A DNA stretch of 63,538 nucleotides, filler included, from Hyphochytrium catenoides (GCA_900088475.1; 10 parts of 10 records of this genome joined end to end with filler, not necessarily neighbours in it); one strand, 5' to 3'; counted from the whole stretch's first letter, positions 50,224 through 63,538 are shown. Notes: generated from the sequence alone by a model not told the origin. Program-made: numbers and translations.

Positions 50224-51009
50224 NNNNNNNNNNNNNNNNNNNNNNNNNNNNNNNNNNNNNNNNNNNNTTAATTAATTAANNNNNNNNNNNNNNNNNNNNN
50301 NNNNNNNNNNNNNNNNNNNNNNNGAGAGAGAGAGAGAGAGAGAGAATCAAGCCTGTGCCTGGAGAAGACTGCCCAGCTACGAAGATTCGACTCCTTTGAC
50401 CACCTTTATTTATTTATAACCTCAGTTAGTTCTATAGGAAGAGCGAACAGGAGAGAGAGAAAAGGTCATTAGCTCCAGCAGGTGCAGCTGCTTTGACCAG
50501 CCGCAGCCCGGGCGGAGGGCACCAGGAGGCAGGAGGACCAGGTCGTCATTGTACACTGACGAACAGACGGCGGAGGGAAAGGAGGCCAGACTGTAGCAGC
50601 GAGGGTGGACACAAGGAGAGAGCAGCAGCAAGAAAGGAAAGCAGCGAGAGAGACGAGAGGAAGGGGAGAGAGACAGGGAAGAGAGAGAGAGAGAAGAGAG
50701 AGAGAGCGAGAAGAGAGAGCAAGAGAGAAGAGAGAGAAAAAGAGAGAGAAAGGGAGAGAAAGCTGCTCGTCGGAGAAAAGAAGCAACAGATGCTGTTCCG
50801 GGGATGATGGATGACAAGGCACGACAGGAGAAGGTCAGCGGTGCGCCAGTCAGGCACGACAAACAGCAGCAGCCGCGGCAACCCAGGAGGACAAGGAGGA
50901 TTGTGCTCAAGAGGACACACCTTTTGAGAGAAGAAAATAGAGAGCAGAGGGAGACCGAGAGATGTAGAGATAGGGAAGAAGAGAGAGAGAGAGACAGGGA
51001 AGAAGAGGG

Positions 51010-51049
<40 letters not shown>

Positions 51050-52825
51050 GGGGGAGAGAGAATCTTGCTGGAAGGAAGGAAGGAACAACAACCGCTTAGA
51101 TAGACCACCTGGATGATTAGCGGTTAGCGGCTATGATGAGGGTACAAAAGGTGCGAGGACGTGATCTTCTTATAGTACGCAAGAGGGAGAGAGAGAAAAG
51201 ACAGAGAGAGAGAGAGAGAGAGAGAGACGGACGAAGGAGAGAGATCAGAGAGAGGAGAGATTTGGGAAGAAGTGAAGGCAGGAGAAAGGAAGGAAGGATA
51301 TAAGCTCCTCGGCCTGACAGTGCAAAGAAGTGGTCCCCTCTGGTGCCAAGAGGGCAGGAGGAGGATAGAGCTCGAGGAAGAAGGAATGCCCTTCATCATG
51401 AAGGAGACAGAGCCGTGAGCGCCATCATCCCCGCGCGGGACACAGCATATTTTCTTCATCTTCTCATTGTTCTCACTTTCCTTTCCCCACAGCTGCAGCT
51501 ACACTAGTCGGCATCCACCTCTTTCTTTCTTTCTCTCTCTCTCTCTCTTTCACTTTGTGCTAAAGACCTTTATCCTCTGGCCCTGGTCAATGATGAAGAT
51601 CACGGGAGAGCAACAGCAGACTGAGAAAGCGAAGAGAGAAACCTTCTGAGGCTAGCAGGAGAGACGAGGAAGAAGAGAGAGAGAGAGAGGAAGAAGAGAG
51701 AGAGAGAGAGTGAAGTCGCGATGGCCGTCAGAAGAAGCTGAGCCAAACAGTTTGAGATCCTCATGACCTACTTGTAAGCCTGAGATTTTCTTCAGGGCGA
51801 AGAGCGAAGAGACACGGAGAATCAAGGAGTGGAGAAAGATGTGTGACAGAGAGAGAGAGAGCACGAGAGAGCGAGAGCAAGAGAGAGAGAGAGAGAGAGA
51901 GAGACAGATTTGCTGGAGAACCACCTAAGCTCTGTATAGACCGGTAACACGCCCTCTGACGTCGATTCCTTCCATAAGTACCTTCCATTCTGTGGTCGCT
52001 CTTCGCTCTTTCTTTCTCCTCGCTCTCTTGTCTCTCTCTCTTGATCTCCTGTTGTCGCTCCATTGACTCTCTTTCTCTCTGGGTCTGTCTCTCTCTAGCT
52101 CTCTTTCTCTCTCTCTCTCTCCCCCCTACGTATCTTCTTCGCATGTTGGCCTCTCAATAGGTGAGAGAATGTCACGGAGGAAGAGAAGGGCTTGGTAGTG
52201 TCTGCGTAGGTGTGAGCCCTCTATGGAAAGAGAGAGAGAGATGCGAGGGAGAAGGAGACTTGGGAGATAGGAAAGAAAGCAACAGAGAGAGAGAGAGAGA
52301 GACGAGAGATAAAGCAAGATCAGCAACTTTAGAGAGCAAGGATGGGCCTTGAGAAGCGAAAGGGAAAGAGATAAGAAAGCCAAGAGAGAGACAAAGAAGC
52401 ACCGGATAATGCAAAGAGTCCAATGAAGCCGGTCCCTACTTCCTTCTCTTCTCTCTCTATAAAGAGACTGCTTCTTTGAAGCGTCATTGCAGCTCTCTGA
52501 GCTCCTAACAGTACTTCTTTTGCCCGTTATCCCCCGTCCTTCTTGCAGTAGAGCAGCCTTTGTTCTCTGATGGGAGGTCAGCCTAGGGGACAGTTCCCTG
52601 ACCCTGCCGACCGATGAGCTGGCCTGCAAGGGAAGAGAATCTCTTGAAGGGGAGAGAGAGAACCGAGAGAGAGAGAGAGAGGGAGAGACAGAAAGAGAGA
52701 GAAAAAAGAGAGAGGGAGAGAAAAAGAGAGAGAAAGAGGGAGAAGAGAGAAACTAACAGAGAAATAAAGAGAGAGAGAGAGAGAGAGAAAAGAGAACGAG
52801 CGAGGAGCGAGCTAGAGAGAGAGAA

Positions 52826-52858
<33 letters not shown>

Positions 52859-53260
52859 GAAAACGGATGCCGAAGCATCAGAACCCCTTCCATATCAGAA
52901 CTTGGCAAGAGATTCGGAACATGTTACATTAAACGCTATATATAGTGAATAACCTAATCCTTATTCTAAATGAGGACAATTGTTGCGAACCATCACTCCC
53001 AAAGGTGAAAAGCAGCAGAATGCGGACACAGGAAGAGAAGAGAGACCAACAGCAGAGAAAGGAGAGAGAGAGAGAGAGAGAGAGGGGGGAGAGAGACCAG
53101 AGACACAGTGAAACGACCTCTTTGGAAGGAACTTAGCAAGCCTGTCGATGCAGGAGAGGCAGGGGAAAGCATAGGAACGAGACGCACACATCTACTCTCT
53201 ACTCGTCGATCTGGTCCTTAGTACTATCGTTGACAGATAACCAGCCCAAAGAGAAAGAGA

Positions 53261-53319
<59 letters not shown>

Positions 53320-53460
53320 GAGAGAGAGAGGAGAGAGAGGGAGATATACCGATTTTTGAGAGACACAGCAGGACAGGAGAGAGGGGCAGTAAGAGAAGGA
53401 GAAAGCTAGCAAACCGAGTACTGAGGAAGAGAGGATATTGAGCGCGGAGAGAGAGCCACT

Positions 53461-53605
53461 ATGTCCTCGAGCCGGCTCTGCGTGAAGAACTTGCCCAACA
53501 ATTGCACAGATCAGAGGCTGCGGGAGCACTTCGCAAGCAGAGGAGAGGTCACCGATGTGAAGATTGTGAAGACCAAGTAAGGCACTTCTTTCTGCTCTCC
53601 TCATA

Positions 53606-53649
<44 letters not shown>

Positions 53650-54005
53650 TTTCTCTCTCTCACTTTCTTTCTCATTTTCTCTCTCTCTGTCTCTCTTTGT
53701 CTCTCTTTCTCATTTTCTCTCTCTCGCACTCTACCCTTTCTCTCTCTCTCTCTCTCTCTCTCGCTCTGTACCTTTCTCTTTCTCTCTCTTTCTCTCTCGC
53801 TCTCTACCTTTCTCTTTCTCTCTCTCTCTCTCCCCCTCTTTTTCTTCCTCTCTCTCTCTCTCTCTCCCCTTCTCTCTTATTACTTCTTCTCTCTCTATCC
53901 TCATTTCCCTCTCTCTCTGCCCAAACTCTCTTTTCTCTCTCTCTCTCTCTTTCTCATCGTCTTTCGCCCTTGCAGAGATGGCAAATCCCGTCGTTTCGGG
54001 TTCGT
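53461..54005 (+). CDS. MRD1: Multiple-RRM ribosome biogenesis factor Mrd1/RBM19, 5' end only. Exons 53461-53576 and 53976 to gap
   Basis: MSSSRLCVKNLP...RLREHF...VTDVKIVKTKDGKSRRFGFV matches the first RRM of Mrd1/RBM19. Confidence 0.8.
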
Positions 54006-54105
54006 NNNNNNNNNNNNNNNNNNNNNNNNNNNNNNNNNNNNNNNNNNNNTTAATTAATTAANNNNNNNNNNNNNNNNNNNNNNNNNNNNNNNNNNNNNNN
54101 NNNNN

Positions 54106-54151
<46 letters not shown>

Positions 54152-54454
54152 AAGAGAGAGAAAGAGAGAGAGAGAGCGAGAGAGAGAGAGAAAATGTAGG
54201 ACGAGAGCTTCTATGATTGACTGGATCGAGCACGGTATAAGAGGCAAAGAAGAAGAAAAGAGAGGCGGAAAGGGGAGAGACAACGACACAGAGACAAAGA
54301 GAAAGAGAGAGACCATGTAAAGATGCACCGGTTGCCTCTTTCTTGATAATGCCTTTCATAGCTTGTGAGGGAGAGGGTTCAACGAGAGAAAGAGAGAGCA
54401 AACAAAGAGACCAGAGCTCGAGCTCGTGGCTTATGCACTAACGTCCAACCATAG

Positions 54455-54964
54455 GACAAGGGAGATCCGAGGCTCATCTTCGCGCTGGACAGCGCCAACT
54501 CAATGGTGGCGTCCGCTGCTTCCGTGATTCTTAGCATGCACAAGAACTGGGCGGTACTAGGCTTTCTACTTCTAAACCTTCCGCATCCTCTCTCTCTCCC
54601 TCCCTGAGTTTTTTCTCTTCTTCGCACCCACAGCGCTTTGTTATTAGTTCTTAAGTCTTTTTCCTAAGCATCTTCCTCGAATTTCTGCTCTCTTTCCTAT
54701 GCAGGATGTCCCTTCTGGTGGGTCCATTGATTATATCTGGTCTGGAGGCTCAGGGAGAGAGGGATCCGCCTCTCCCTGCCCGGCCATAAGTGACATTGAC
54801 ATCAAGGATACCAAGAAGGCGCTGGCGGGTTGTCTAACAGTCCAATGGGCAGACTGTAAGCCCCATAACCTGTCTCTCTCTTCCTCTGGTTCTCTCTTCG
54901 TCTGGTTCTCTCTTCCTCTTTCGTTTAGCTCTCTTACCCTCTACTCCTCTCGATCTTGATTTAG

Positions 54965-54996
<32 letters not shown>

Positions 54997-55878
54997 NTCT
55001 CTTTCTTGCTCTCGCTTCTTCCTCATTATGTCTCTCTCGCTCTCTTTCACTCAATCTCCCTCTCTATGGCGTTCCCTTTCTCGCTCTGTCTATCCCTCAC
55101 ACCCAACACCATTGACAATTCTACCTCTTATACCGCTGCGACTTTCCTTTTCTCCTCTCCGCGTCCCAGTACAACTGCCTGACGAGCGATCCTTGGGGCT
55201 GGACTGGATCCTGATGATTGTCATCCCACAGAGGGAGTTCGTGGCTCCCATGCATGAGGCAGTGGAGTCAGCACAAAATGCCTCAGAACTTATCAGAAAC
55301 TGTGAGTCCGCCTGTTTCTTCTCTCTCTCTCTCTCTCTCTCTCTNNNNNNNNNNNNNNNNTCTCTTCATACATGCAATCTCTCTCTCCCCTCCACGTTCC
55401 TTGGTTTCAAGGGCCATTATCCTTATAGTCTTTACATTGCCCTCTTTACTCCCTCTCAGCTACTTTGCACTCTTTCTCTCCTACTCTTCCTGTTCTTCTG
55501 CCTTCGTCTTATCTTTTCTTCCTCTTTCCCTCTCTTGCCCTCTCTCTTCCGCTCGCGTCACTTCTCGGCACTCAACATTGTTAATGTCCGGTCTGCTGTC
55601 TTCTTCCACCTGCTCAGATGCGGAGCGCGACATCAAGAAAAACCTGACAGTGACGTCTCTCATTGTGATTGTCTGGGTTTTGGCCTCCGCGGGCTTCGGG
55701 TTCTTTATTTCTTACGGGCTGTCCAAGCCTTTAAGAGTTCTGGCGCAGGATATGCTCAGTGTGGCTAAGCTAGACTTCAGGTATGAGCCATCCTCTCTTG
55801 CTTGTCGGATGCTCGTGCTGCTAAGCTGTTAGTTGCTTTCTACCTGTTACTCGATGTCTTCCTCTCCTTCTCTTGCTC

Positions 55879-55916
<38 letters not shown>

Positions 55917-56389
55917 GTCTCTCTCTCTCTGTCTCTCTGTCTCCTCTCTCTCTCTCTCTCTTTCTCTTTCTCTTCGCTCTCTTAGTTCTCCTTTTTTCCC
56001 CGCTCTCTCTCTCCTCTCCCCTTTCTTTTAGTTTCCCGATGTTGCTCTGTCTTCGCTCTCGCATTCTCTGTGACCTGCTCTGCTCCGTTCTTCTTCGTGC
56101 TCTTCCTCTTTTCTCAACCACATGTCCTCTGCTCTCTCCTCTCCCGCACTTCCGTTCTTCCAGTGTCACTCGTCCTGCGGTATCATCGCGCATCAGAGAA
56201 GTAGATGAGATGGCTGTGGCTTATATGCAGATGAGAAAAGGACTAGAGGGCTTCGCGAAGTTTGTCCCCGCAACGGTGGTGAGAAGGATTGTCAGCGGAG
56301 ACGAACAGGTGGGGAATCCTTTTAGTTGACATGAAGGCTTGAGCCTTGCGTGAAAAAGGGGAAGAGAAAAGAGAGAGAGAGAGGCAGGC

Positions 56390-56447
<58 letters not shown>

Positions 56448-56741
56448 AGTGAGAAAGTGGAAGCAACTAGTAACGGCGAGACAACATCAACTGTGTACTG
56501 CTGAAGGAAGAAGAACAGCTCTCTGGGCTCACTCTGTCTCTTCTCATTCCATTTACCCATTAAGGCTTCTGAGCTGCACGTCACTCGTCGCACGGTCACC
56601 GTTCTCTTTAGCGACATCAAGAACTTCACGACAATTGCAGAGACCACTCGTCCGGACCAGCTGATCCAGCTTCTCTACGAATATTTTGAGAGCATGGTCA
56701 GAATCGTGGAGGCTACACAGGGAACAGTAGGTGAGTGAGAG

Positions 56742-56781
<40 letters not shown>

Positions 56782-58983
56782 ACTTAGAGCGAGCTCGAGC
56801 TTCAGCGGGAAAGACAACAAGAGAGATGGGCACAGACCGTAGCATTGAGACCCTTGGAGCCTACTGTCCTCTGAAGGGCTCTCTTTCTCTCTGTCTATCT
56901 CTCTCTGCCTCTCGCACTGTCTCTCTCTCTCTCTCTGTCTCAATCTCTCTGCCCATTTCTCTCTCTCCTATCTCTCTCTCATGTCTTCTCTCATCCTATG
57001 GCTCCCTCAACCCCAACTCTCTCCCGCGGCTTCTCCTTTCTTTCCTTTCCTTTCGCCCTGCTTGGGCCTCTTTCTCTCTCTCTCTCTTTCTTTGTCCCTC
57101 TCTCAACCTCTTCTTTCTCTTACTGCCGTTCTTTCCACTAGGCGACTTCATAGGCGACGGCATGATGGTCTTCTGGAATAGTCCTGACACGGTTGAGGAT
57201 CATGAGGCGAAGGCCTGCGCCTGTGCGATCCAGATGCACAAGGAGTTGGAGAGACTCAATGAGAAATGGAGGAGAGAAGACTTTCCTCTCATTCAGAGTC
57301 GGATTGGCATCAACTCTGGGCCTGTGCTCAGCGGGAACATCGGCAGTCCGGACAAGATGAAGGTAAGGAAAAAGGAGAAAAAAGTGGAAGAGGGGTTGGG
57401 AAGGGAGAAGGATACATAGACAGTAGAGAGAGAGACAGAGAGAGAGAGAGAGCAAGAGAGAGAGCAAGAGAGCGATAGCCATGAAGGTGCTAATCCTGGA
57501 GCACTCGAAAGGGTTCCAAGAGGTCCTTTGGAGAAGGGTCACAATGTTCACGCCCTGCTCAACCTCATATAACCCTCTCTGTCTCTTTCTCTCTCTCTCT
57601 CTCTCACCTGTGTGGCTCTGTCTTGCGTCTAAAGTTTGGTGTCGTCGGTGATGCTGGTAAGTGCGCTTGTGTAGCAGTTGCAAGCTTCTCCGTTCTCTCC
57701 CTCTCTCTCTCTGTGCCTCCTCTCTGTCTCTCTGTCTCTATCTCTCTTTCTCTTCCCCCCTGTCTCTCTCTCGCTCCCTCTCTCTCTCTCTTTTGCCCTC
57801 CTGTCTTACTTCTCTATTGCATCTGTCTCTCTCTCTCTACCTCTCTCCGTCTCTCTCTCTCTTAATCTGACACTTGCCTCTTCACTTCTCTCTTTGCACC
57901 TGCAGTAACGCTTGCAAGCCGCGTGGAGAACTACAATAAATATTATAGAACCGCGCGACTGATGACCGCGGAGACAGCGAGGAAGGTCGCTCGTTCCTTT
58001 CTCTCTAGGACAGTCGACCGCGTCACTGTCAGAGGGAGTAAGGAACACACAGAGGTAGGCGGAACTACAATTCTCTCTCTCTTTCTTTCTCTCTCTCTCT
58101 CTCTCTCTCTACTTCCCTTCGTCTCTATTCGCTCTTCTGCCCAAGGAATCCCCGTTGAAGAATATAGCTCACTCATCTCTCCGGCGCTCGCTCTGTTTCT
58201 CTTATTTCCTTCTCTCTCTGTTCACTCTTTCTCCCAAGAGAATCTCACTCCAGAGCCTATCGTCCGGTCTTTCGTTCTCTCTCCATCTCTCTCTCTCTTC
58301 TTCTTCTTCCTTCCTGCACTCATTGTGGAAGTCAATGTTCTGCTATCGAATACTCTAGCCGCCCGAACCGAGTACGGTCCTAATCTCACATATTCTTGCT
58401 CTTCTCTCACTCTTTCATCTCTCTCACTCTCTCTCTCTTCACTGCCACTGACTCTGTCATATTTCTACAGCTCTTCGAGCTCATGGCTCCTCAAGGAGAG
58501 GCCTCTCTGGAGATTTTGAGCCTCTGCCAAATCACAAACCAGGTCTACGAACTATATCAGGCCAGAAAGGTAAAGGATAACTGCGCTCTTTTCCCTCCTT
58601 CTAATTCTAGCGTGGCCAGACTAAGGCCCCCTTTCTCTCGCTCGCTATGTCAGTCTCTCTCTCTCTATCTCTTTTCTCTCTCTCTCTCTCTCTCGATATG
58701 AGCTCATATCCTTGTGATAGCGCGATATCTCTCTTTACTTAGTTCCATCGGGCCGAGCCTCATTCTTCTCTGCCGTTTTATTCTTACTGATAACTCACTC
58801 TCTCTCTCTCTTTCTCCCTTATCCTCATGACAGTTCGCGGACGCTGTGGTCTTGGCAGACGTTGGACTCAATCGGCACCCGCATGACGGGCCGCTGGAGA
58901 GACTTAAGGCACACGCTTTGGCCTGCATTGAGTCTCCTCCGCCCTTTGATTGGAATGGGACCAGATCTTTCTTGCACAAGTAG
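54455..58983 (+). CDS. Membrane sensor class III nucleotide cyclase (Cache-like, TM, HAMP, cyclase, TPR-like tail); at least 11 exons, 5'-partial, with a 22-nt microexon at 57635-57656
   Basis: GLDWILMIVIP, SKPLRVLAQDM...IREV, FAKFVP, VTVLFSDIKNFTTIAE, FIGDG, RIGINSG, GNIGS, GDAVTLASRVE, PPFDWNG...K*; phases consistent. Confidence 0.9.
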
Positions 58984-60645
58984 AGTAAGCGAAGCAGGAA
59001 ATGGTATTAGGAAGAGGAACAGAGAGAGAATAGACGAGAGGAAAGAAGAGGAGAAGATAGTGAGAGGTACTATGTATACTATTTGTCACAGTATGGGCTG
59101 GAGAAGGGAAGACCGCTCTCTTTATTCTTCCGTAGAAGGAAGAAGAGACGGTGACTTGGGAACCCTGACCGCCAATGTAGATTAGCGTTATTTATGGATT
59201 GGGGCCTAGACCTCTATCAATAGCTGAGAAACAATGTGATGCCCTTCGCATCTTGGGCATCTTTTGACCTTTAGCCTCGCGCTCTGAGCCCCATCCAGTG
59301 CTCCTCTAGCTAGCTTCCTGAGCCCTCATGGTTAGAGTAGACAAGACAATTGTCCTCCTCTTTCACTTGAACAACATTCGACTTCCTCTTGCTTCCGTTT
59401 AGCTCTAGCGTCTCCTCCTCTTGGCGATCTTTGCCTCAGCATAACGAAGGAAGACCTTTCGCAATAATCTCTGCCAGAAGGTTCATCAAATCTCTGTGCG
59501 GATAGCGTCTCCTCCTCTTGGCGATCTTTGCCTCAGCATAANNNNNNNNNNNNNNNNNNNNNNNNNNNNNNNNNNNNNNNNNNNNTTAATTAATTAANNN
59601 NNNNNNNNNNNNNNNNNNNNNNNNNNNNNNNNNNNNNNNNNAGGAGGGAGAAGGACAGAGCGACCAGCGAGACAAAGCGAGTAGGACGTTTGAAAGAAGA
59701 GAAGTTAGCCGATCCGAAGCGGTGCGAACCCAACCCCCAATGATGAGGACAGAAGATAGAGGGGAGAGAGAGAGAGAAAAAGAACGAGAGAGAGAGACAG
59801 AGAGAGAAAGACAGAGTAAGCGAGAGAAAGAGGGGAAAAAAGAGAGAGAGAGAGAGAGAAGAGAGACAGAGAGAGAAAGGAAGAGAGAGAGAGGAGAGAG
59901 GGGAGAGAGAGTGAGAGAGAGAGCGAGAGAGAGAATGAAACAGGAGAATGTGATGGAAGACTACACGACCATGACCTTTCCCTCCTTCTTTCCCTTCTCT
60001 TGTTGCCTCCAATCTCCTTTGATTATTAGGACCAGTTTTTTTATAAAAAATTACTGAGTGGCCCGGTCCAGGAATATGATTCGACTGAAGAAGAACTACG
60101 AGTCGGTTTAATTCGCTACCATTTCGGGTTTGCGGCCTCGCTAAGGCTCTAACGAAAGGGAACCTTTGAGAGGAAAGATAAATTCGTGAGAGTAGGTGGG
60201 TACTGTCATATTCCTTTTCGGTATTACGGTCAATAGGCAGTAAAAGCGACCTCTTCTGGCAGGGAGATGGTACCTGTCTGTTTCCTCTAAGAATAATAAC
60301 AATAGGTTCTTCCTTATTGATGATGATCTTGAGGGAGGAGAGAAGCATCGATGATGATAAAGAGCGAAGCTTTCTTAGCTTCTGTCTCTTCATTGCTACG
60401 TCTTCTTCCTTCTTCTTCTTCATGTCCTATCTGTTCTTTGTTCTGCCATCTGGATCTTCCTTCTTCTTCCTCTTCCTCCGTCCATCATCATCATAATGCA
60501 CTACAATAGCTGCCTTTCTTCTTTTCTTCTCCTCCTTTTGCATCCATCGCGTCGGCCCCGCGGGTTAAGGTGTTGACCTGNNNNNNNNNNNNNNNNNNNN
60601 NNNNNNNNNNNNNNNNNNNNNNNNNNNNNNNNNNTATCTCTTCAT

Positions 60646-61080
60646 TCATATCCTCATATCAGCGGCTCTGATAACCGGCATGGGCTGCTGCTTGTGGAAG
60701 AGTTCTGGATTGCGAATTATCGCAATGGACACATCGAGGGCCGCATCGAGGGGCCGTGCTGAAAAAATGTACAGAAGGTACGAACTAATAATAGCTTTCC
60801 AATCCTCTGGTTGGAGGCAAGGAGTTGGTGATGAAAGGGATCGCAAGGACTTCTAGAAGAGTCCCACAAAGAAGCATCATGGACAAAGAATAATGTCTTG
60901 AAGGCGCTGTGACGCTTGTTGGCACCACTAGCACAACGACAGACTCGCCATAATGCCATGTTGATGATCCCCGAACGCATCGTTGGACAAGAACAAAATT
61001 GGCAGCAGAAAGCAGAGTCCGCCGTGTCCCGTAGAAGGATGATGATACCTAAACAACGCCACAGCAACCTCCTCCTCATC
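60646..61080 (-). pseudogene. Possible decayed ORF with three in-frame stops and no frameshift
   Basis: DEEEVAVALFRY...LC*WCQQ...CP*CFFVGLF*KSLRSL...WKAIISSYLLYIF in a single frame. Confidence 0.3.
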
Positions 61081-62425
61081 ATTTTTACGCCGGAACACAG
61101 AACATAGAAAGGGAAGAAACCTTCATTTGTCAGTCAGGAACTAGGAGCGGCCCGAAGGGAAAAAAACACCCTGCGGGCGGGCGGGGAAGAAGAGAAGTAG
61201 CCTGCAAGCAAGCCTTCGACGACGGTATCATCTCTATGGGTAGTAGTGATGGGCGGACAACAAGTAGTAGAGAACCCTACCACCGTCACCACCATCACTA
61301 ATCATTGGACTTGATAGGGATACAGAGTAGTAAGTAGTGCTTGAACAGCTATATTTAGAAAGGGAACCACAGAAAATGCTTTATAGCACCGTTTCTAGGG
61401 AAATTCTATAGATAAGCAATAGCAGTTGGACTCCGCCCTAGCTGGCAAGATTGAGCGCGATGTTGATGAGGGTCTCGGCGCCACGCCCCTTTTTTCTCCT
61501 CCTCCATCTCCCATCGTCATTGCCAAAGAGTTCACTTATGATTCATCTTTCCTTTTTCCGAAATCGATGATGGTGAAGGAGGAGGACGTGTTGAAGAGTC
61601 CAGGGCTTTGTAGCTCTCGTCTCCTCTTCAATATCTTCTTCTCTATCTTCTCTATCGTACTTGTTCTCCTTCTTCTCCTTCTTCTCCTCCTGGTTCTTCT
61701 TCTTTTTATGAACGTATAGTAAAGTACGGAATAAATGATAATAATATAAAATAAACTACGGTGCTGTACTTTACTCCATGCACCGGCTCAGGCAGGATAC
61801 GTCGCAGAGCGTGCGCACAACAGTAGGAAAGTCGCCGCCCTCTGTGCCGAGGAGTGTGCGGATCAGAGCTACGGTTTCCACCCCTTCTTTTGGTGAAGCC
61901 GCGGAGACGGTTCAATCACCCTGCTGAACGAATGGCTTAGGGCTATCTCTGACAACAGGTGCGGGAGTACTGGTCGTCTTCCTCTCCCTCTCTCACTTCC
62001 ACCGCCTACAGACGGATCTCATGTCCTCCTGCCACCCAGTAATGCAGAAATATTGTTTCATAGAGTGCCCCAGCCTGCCTGCGCACAGTGAGAACGTGGT
62101 GGTGGTCATCAGGTGAAGTCTTTCTTGCTTGTTGTCTAGTCTCATAGTATTTTTTGTGGGCCTTCTTGCTTTATTGCTTTTATACCGCTTTACTACACTT
62201 ATTACTATTGGTCACCATCAAATAAAAGTAAAAATGAAGTATTGTAGAACGATAGGATCCTAGTCATCCAGCTCCTAGCGGTTGAGTAGTAGATTGTACC
62301 TTGTTTCATTGAAAAACGATCTAGTTNNNNNNNNNNNNNNNNNNNNNNNNNNNNNNNNNNNNNNNNNNNNTTAATTAATTAANNNNNNNNNNNNNNNNNN
62401 NNNNNNNNNNNNNNNNNNNNNNNNN

Positions 62426-63190
62426 NTGCTCCATGTAAGGCGCTTGTTGGGGAGAGATTACCTACATATGCAGTCGTTAACAAGCTTCACTCCAAAAGGA
62501 GGGCGGTAGCTTGGCAGCATGTAGGATGCACCGGGCAGACTCCACAAGAGTCCTCTGGCGTCGCTCGGCAACTCCGTTCTGCGCTGGACTGTATGGAGTT
62601 TGTAAGCTCATGTCGAATGCAACGTGTCTTGCAATACTCCTTCATAGTCTCTGAGCACTATTACCCACCTCGGTCGCTCCGAATACGTTGAACTTTTGAG
62701 TCCTGTTTGGCGCTCAGCCATGTTGATGAAGGTGTCGAGGTGAGTGATGACCTCACTCTTATTCTTCATGAGGTACAGAAAAATTCGACGAGTATGGTCA
62801 TCGACGAAAACCACAAAGTAACGATGACCGCCAAGGCTAAGTGTATTGACAATGCCAACATCGGAGTGGACGAGTTGAAGGGGCCGTTGTGTTTTACGGT
62901 GTGATTGTTTAGGAAACTTACGTCGGGTCAGTTTTCCCAAGACACAACCTGAACAGAGAGACGTTGTGTCGTTGGTGATCTTCATACCTGAAGAAACCGT
63001 TGCCAATTTCCGTACATCTGGTATGTTTAGATGTCCTGATCTCCGATGCCAGATGGTGACCGAATGGGGGCTGATTGCGGAAGCAGAAGGGCCTATGGCC
63101 TCAGTATCGGATAAGGTGGTGTAGGCACTGGGAGAAGTGCTTGCTGGAGTACAGTCCGTTAAGGTAGAGTCCGCCACGTAAAAGAGATTT
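62426..63190 (-). mobile_element. Second decayed copy of the same Ty1/copia family (GAG-pre-integrase and integrase)
   Basis: WHRRSGH...CSGCVLGK...LQLVHSDV...YFVVFVDD; colinear with 38791-39552. Confidence 0.93.
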
Positions 63191-63538
63191 GTTGAATGTT
63201 CAGCTTCCACCCTTCACAAGAGGGAGTTCGAGCTGCGGAGAGATGTTGGAGTCTGTGATGAACTTTACAGAGCTGGGTGGCAATGCCTGAAGCTTCTGTA
63301 TGAGCACAATCTAGATGAAACGATAACAAAGGGACTTGGTATTGATGTGTGATGGAGATTTCTCTGAATGATCACTGAGTCCTGAGAGCCTGGTCTGGAC
63401 TCGAAATCTTTTGCTCGGCCCAGCTTCCCTCATCATCTCCTCTCCTCTGCTTCTCCTGTGTTCTTCTGGAAATTCTTCTCACATCCCTCTTTTCATAACA
63501 CAGGTGTACCCGTAACGTCTATGTCCCTGAGAGCTAGG

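Noticed and set aside
50420-53240. Multi-exon gene upstream of MRD1
   Set aside because: Exon-like islands exist, but I could not build a consistent, recognisable protein
59406-59541. 39-bp direct repeat with a 97-bp period
   Set aside because: At a scaffold end and out of frame; possibly an assembly artefact
60646-61080. Stop-codon reassignment suggested by in-frame stops in relic ORFs
   Set aside because: Intact genes end in TAA, TAG and TGA at expected positions, and long conserved ORFs have no internal stops
1-63538. Functional clustering of genes across the whole window
   Set aside because: Ten concatenated scaffolds; adjacency across spacers carries no information

Overview
Eukaryotic (probably protist) genomic DNA. 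The window is not one locus: nine artificial 100-bp spacers (about 44 N + TTAATTAATTAA + about 44 N) join ten separate scaffolds, so gene neighbourhoods only mean something within a segment. The DNA is saturated with (GA)n/(CT)n tracts, in introns and in-frame inside exons, which makes most of the supplied ORF track noise. Genes use the standard code and GT-AG introns. By hand-splicing I recover: an FN3-domain gene; a 4-exon myosin with IQ motifs and a degenerate FYVE finger; a SUN/GH132-like glucanase with Cys-rich repeats; an intronless, probably N-myristoylated CYP102/BM3-type diflavin reductase; a GPI-type Cys-rich protein; a 7TM protein; an alpha/beta hydrolase lacking the catalytic Ser; VPS24/CHMP3; the start of MRD1/RBM19; a Cache-HAMP class III cyclase; a PPR array of alternating 36-aa motifs; and two decayed Ty1/copia copies. 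Best novelty candidates: (1) a triplicated cassette encoding header + variable coiled coil + HEPN-like domain with a convergent partner ORF; (2) the PPR dyad array whose code residues vary between near-identical repeats; (3) introns with 5' (GA)n and 3' (CT)n tracts that could base-pair. All family calls come from motif recognition by eye; no database searches were run.
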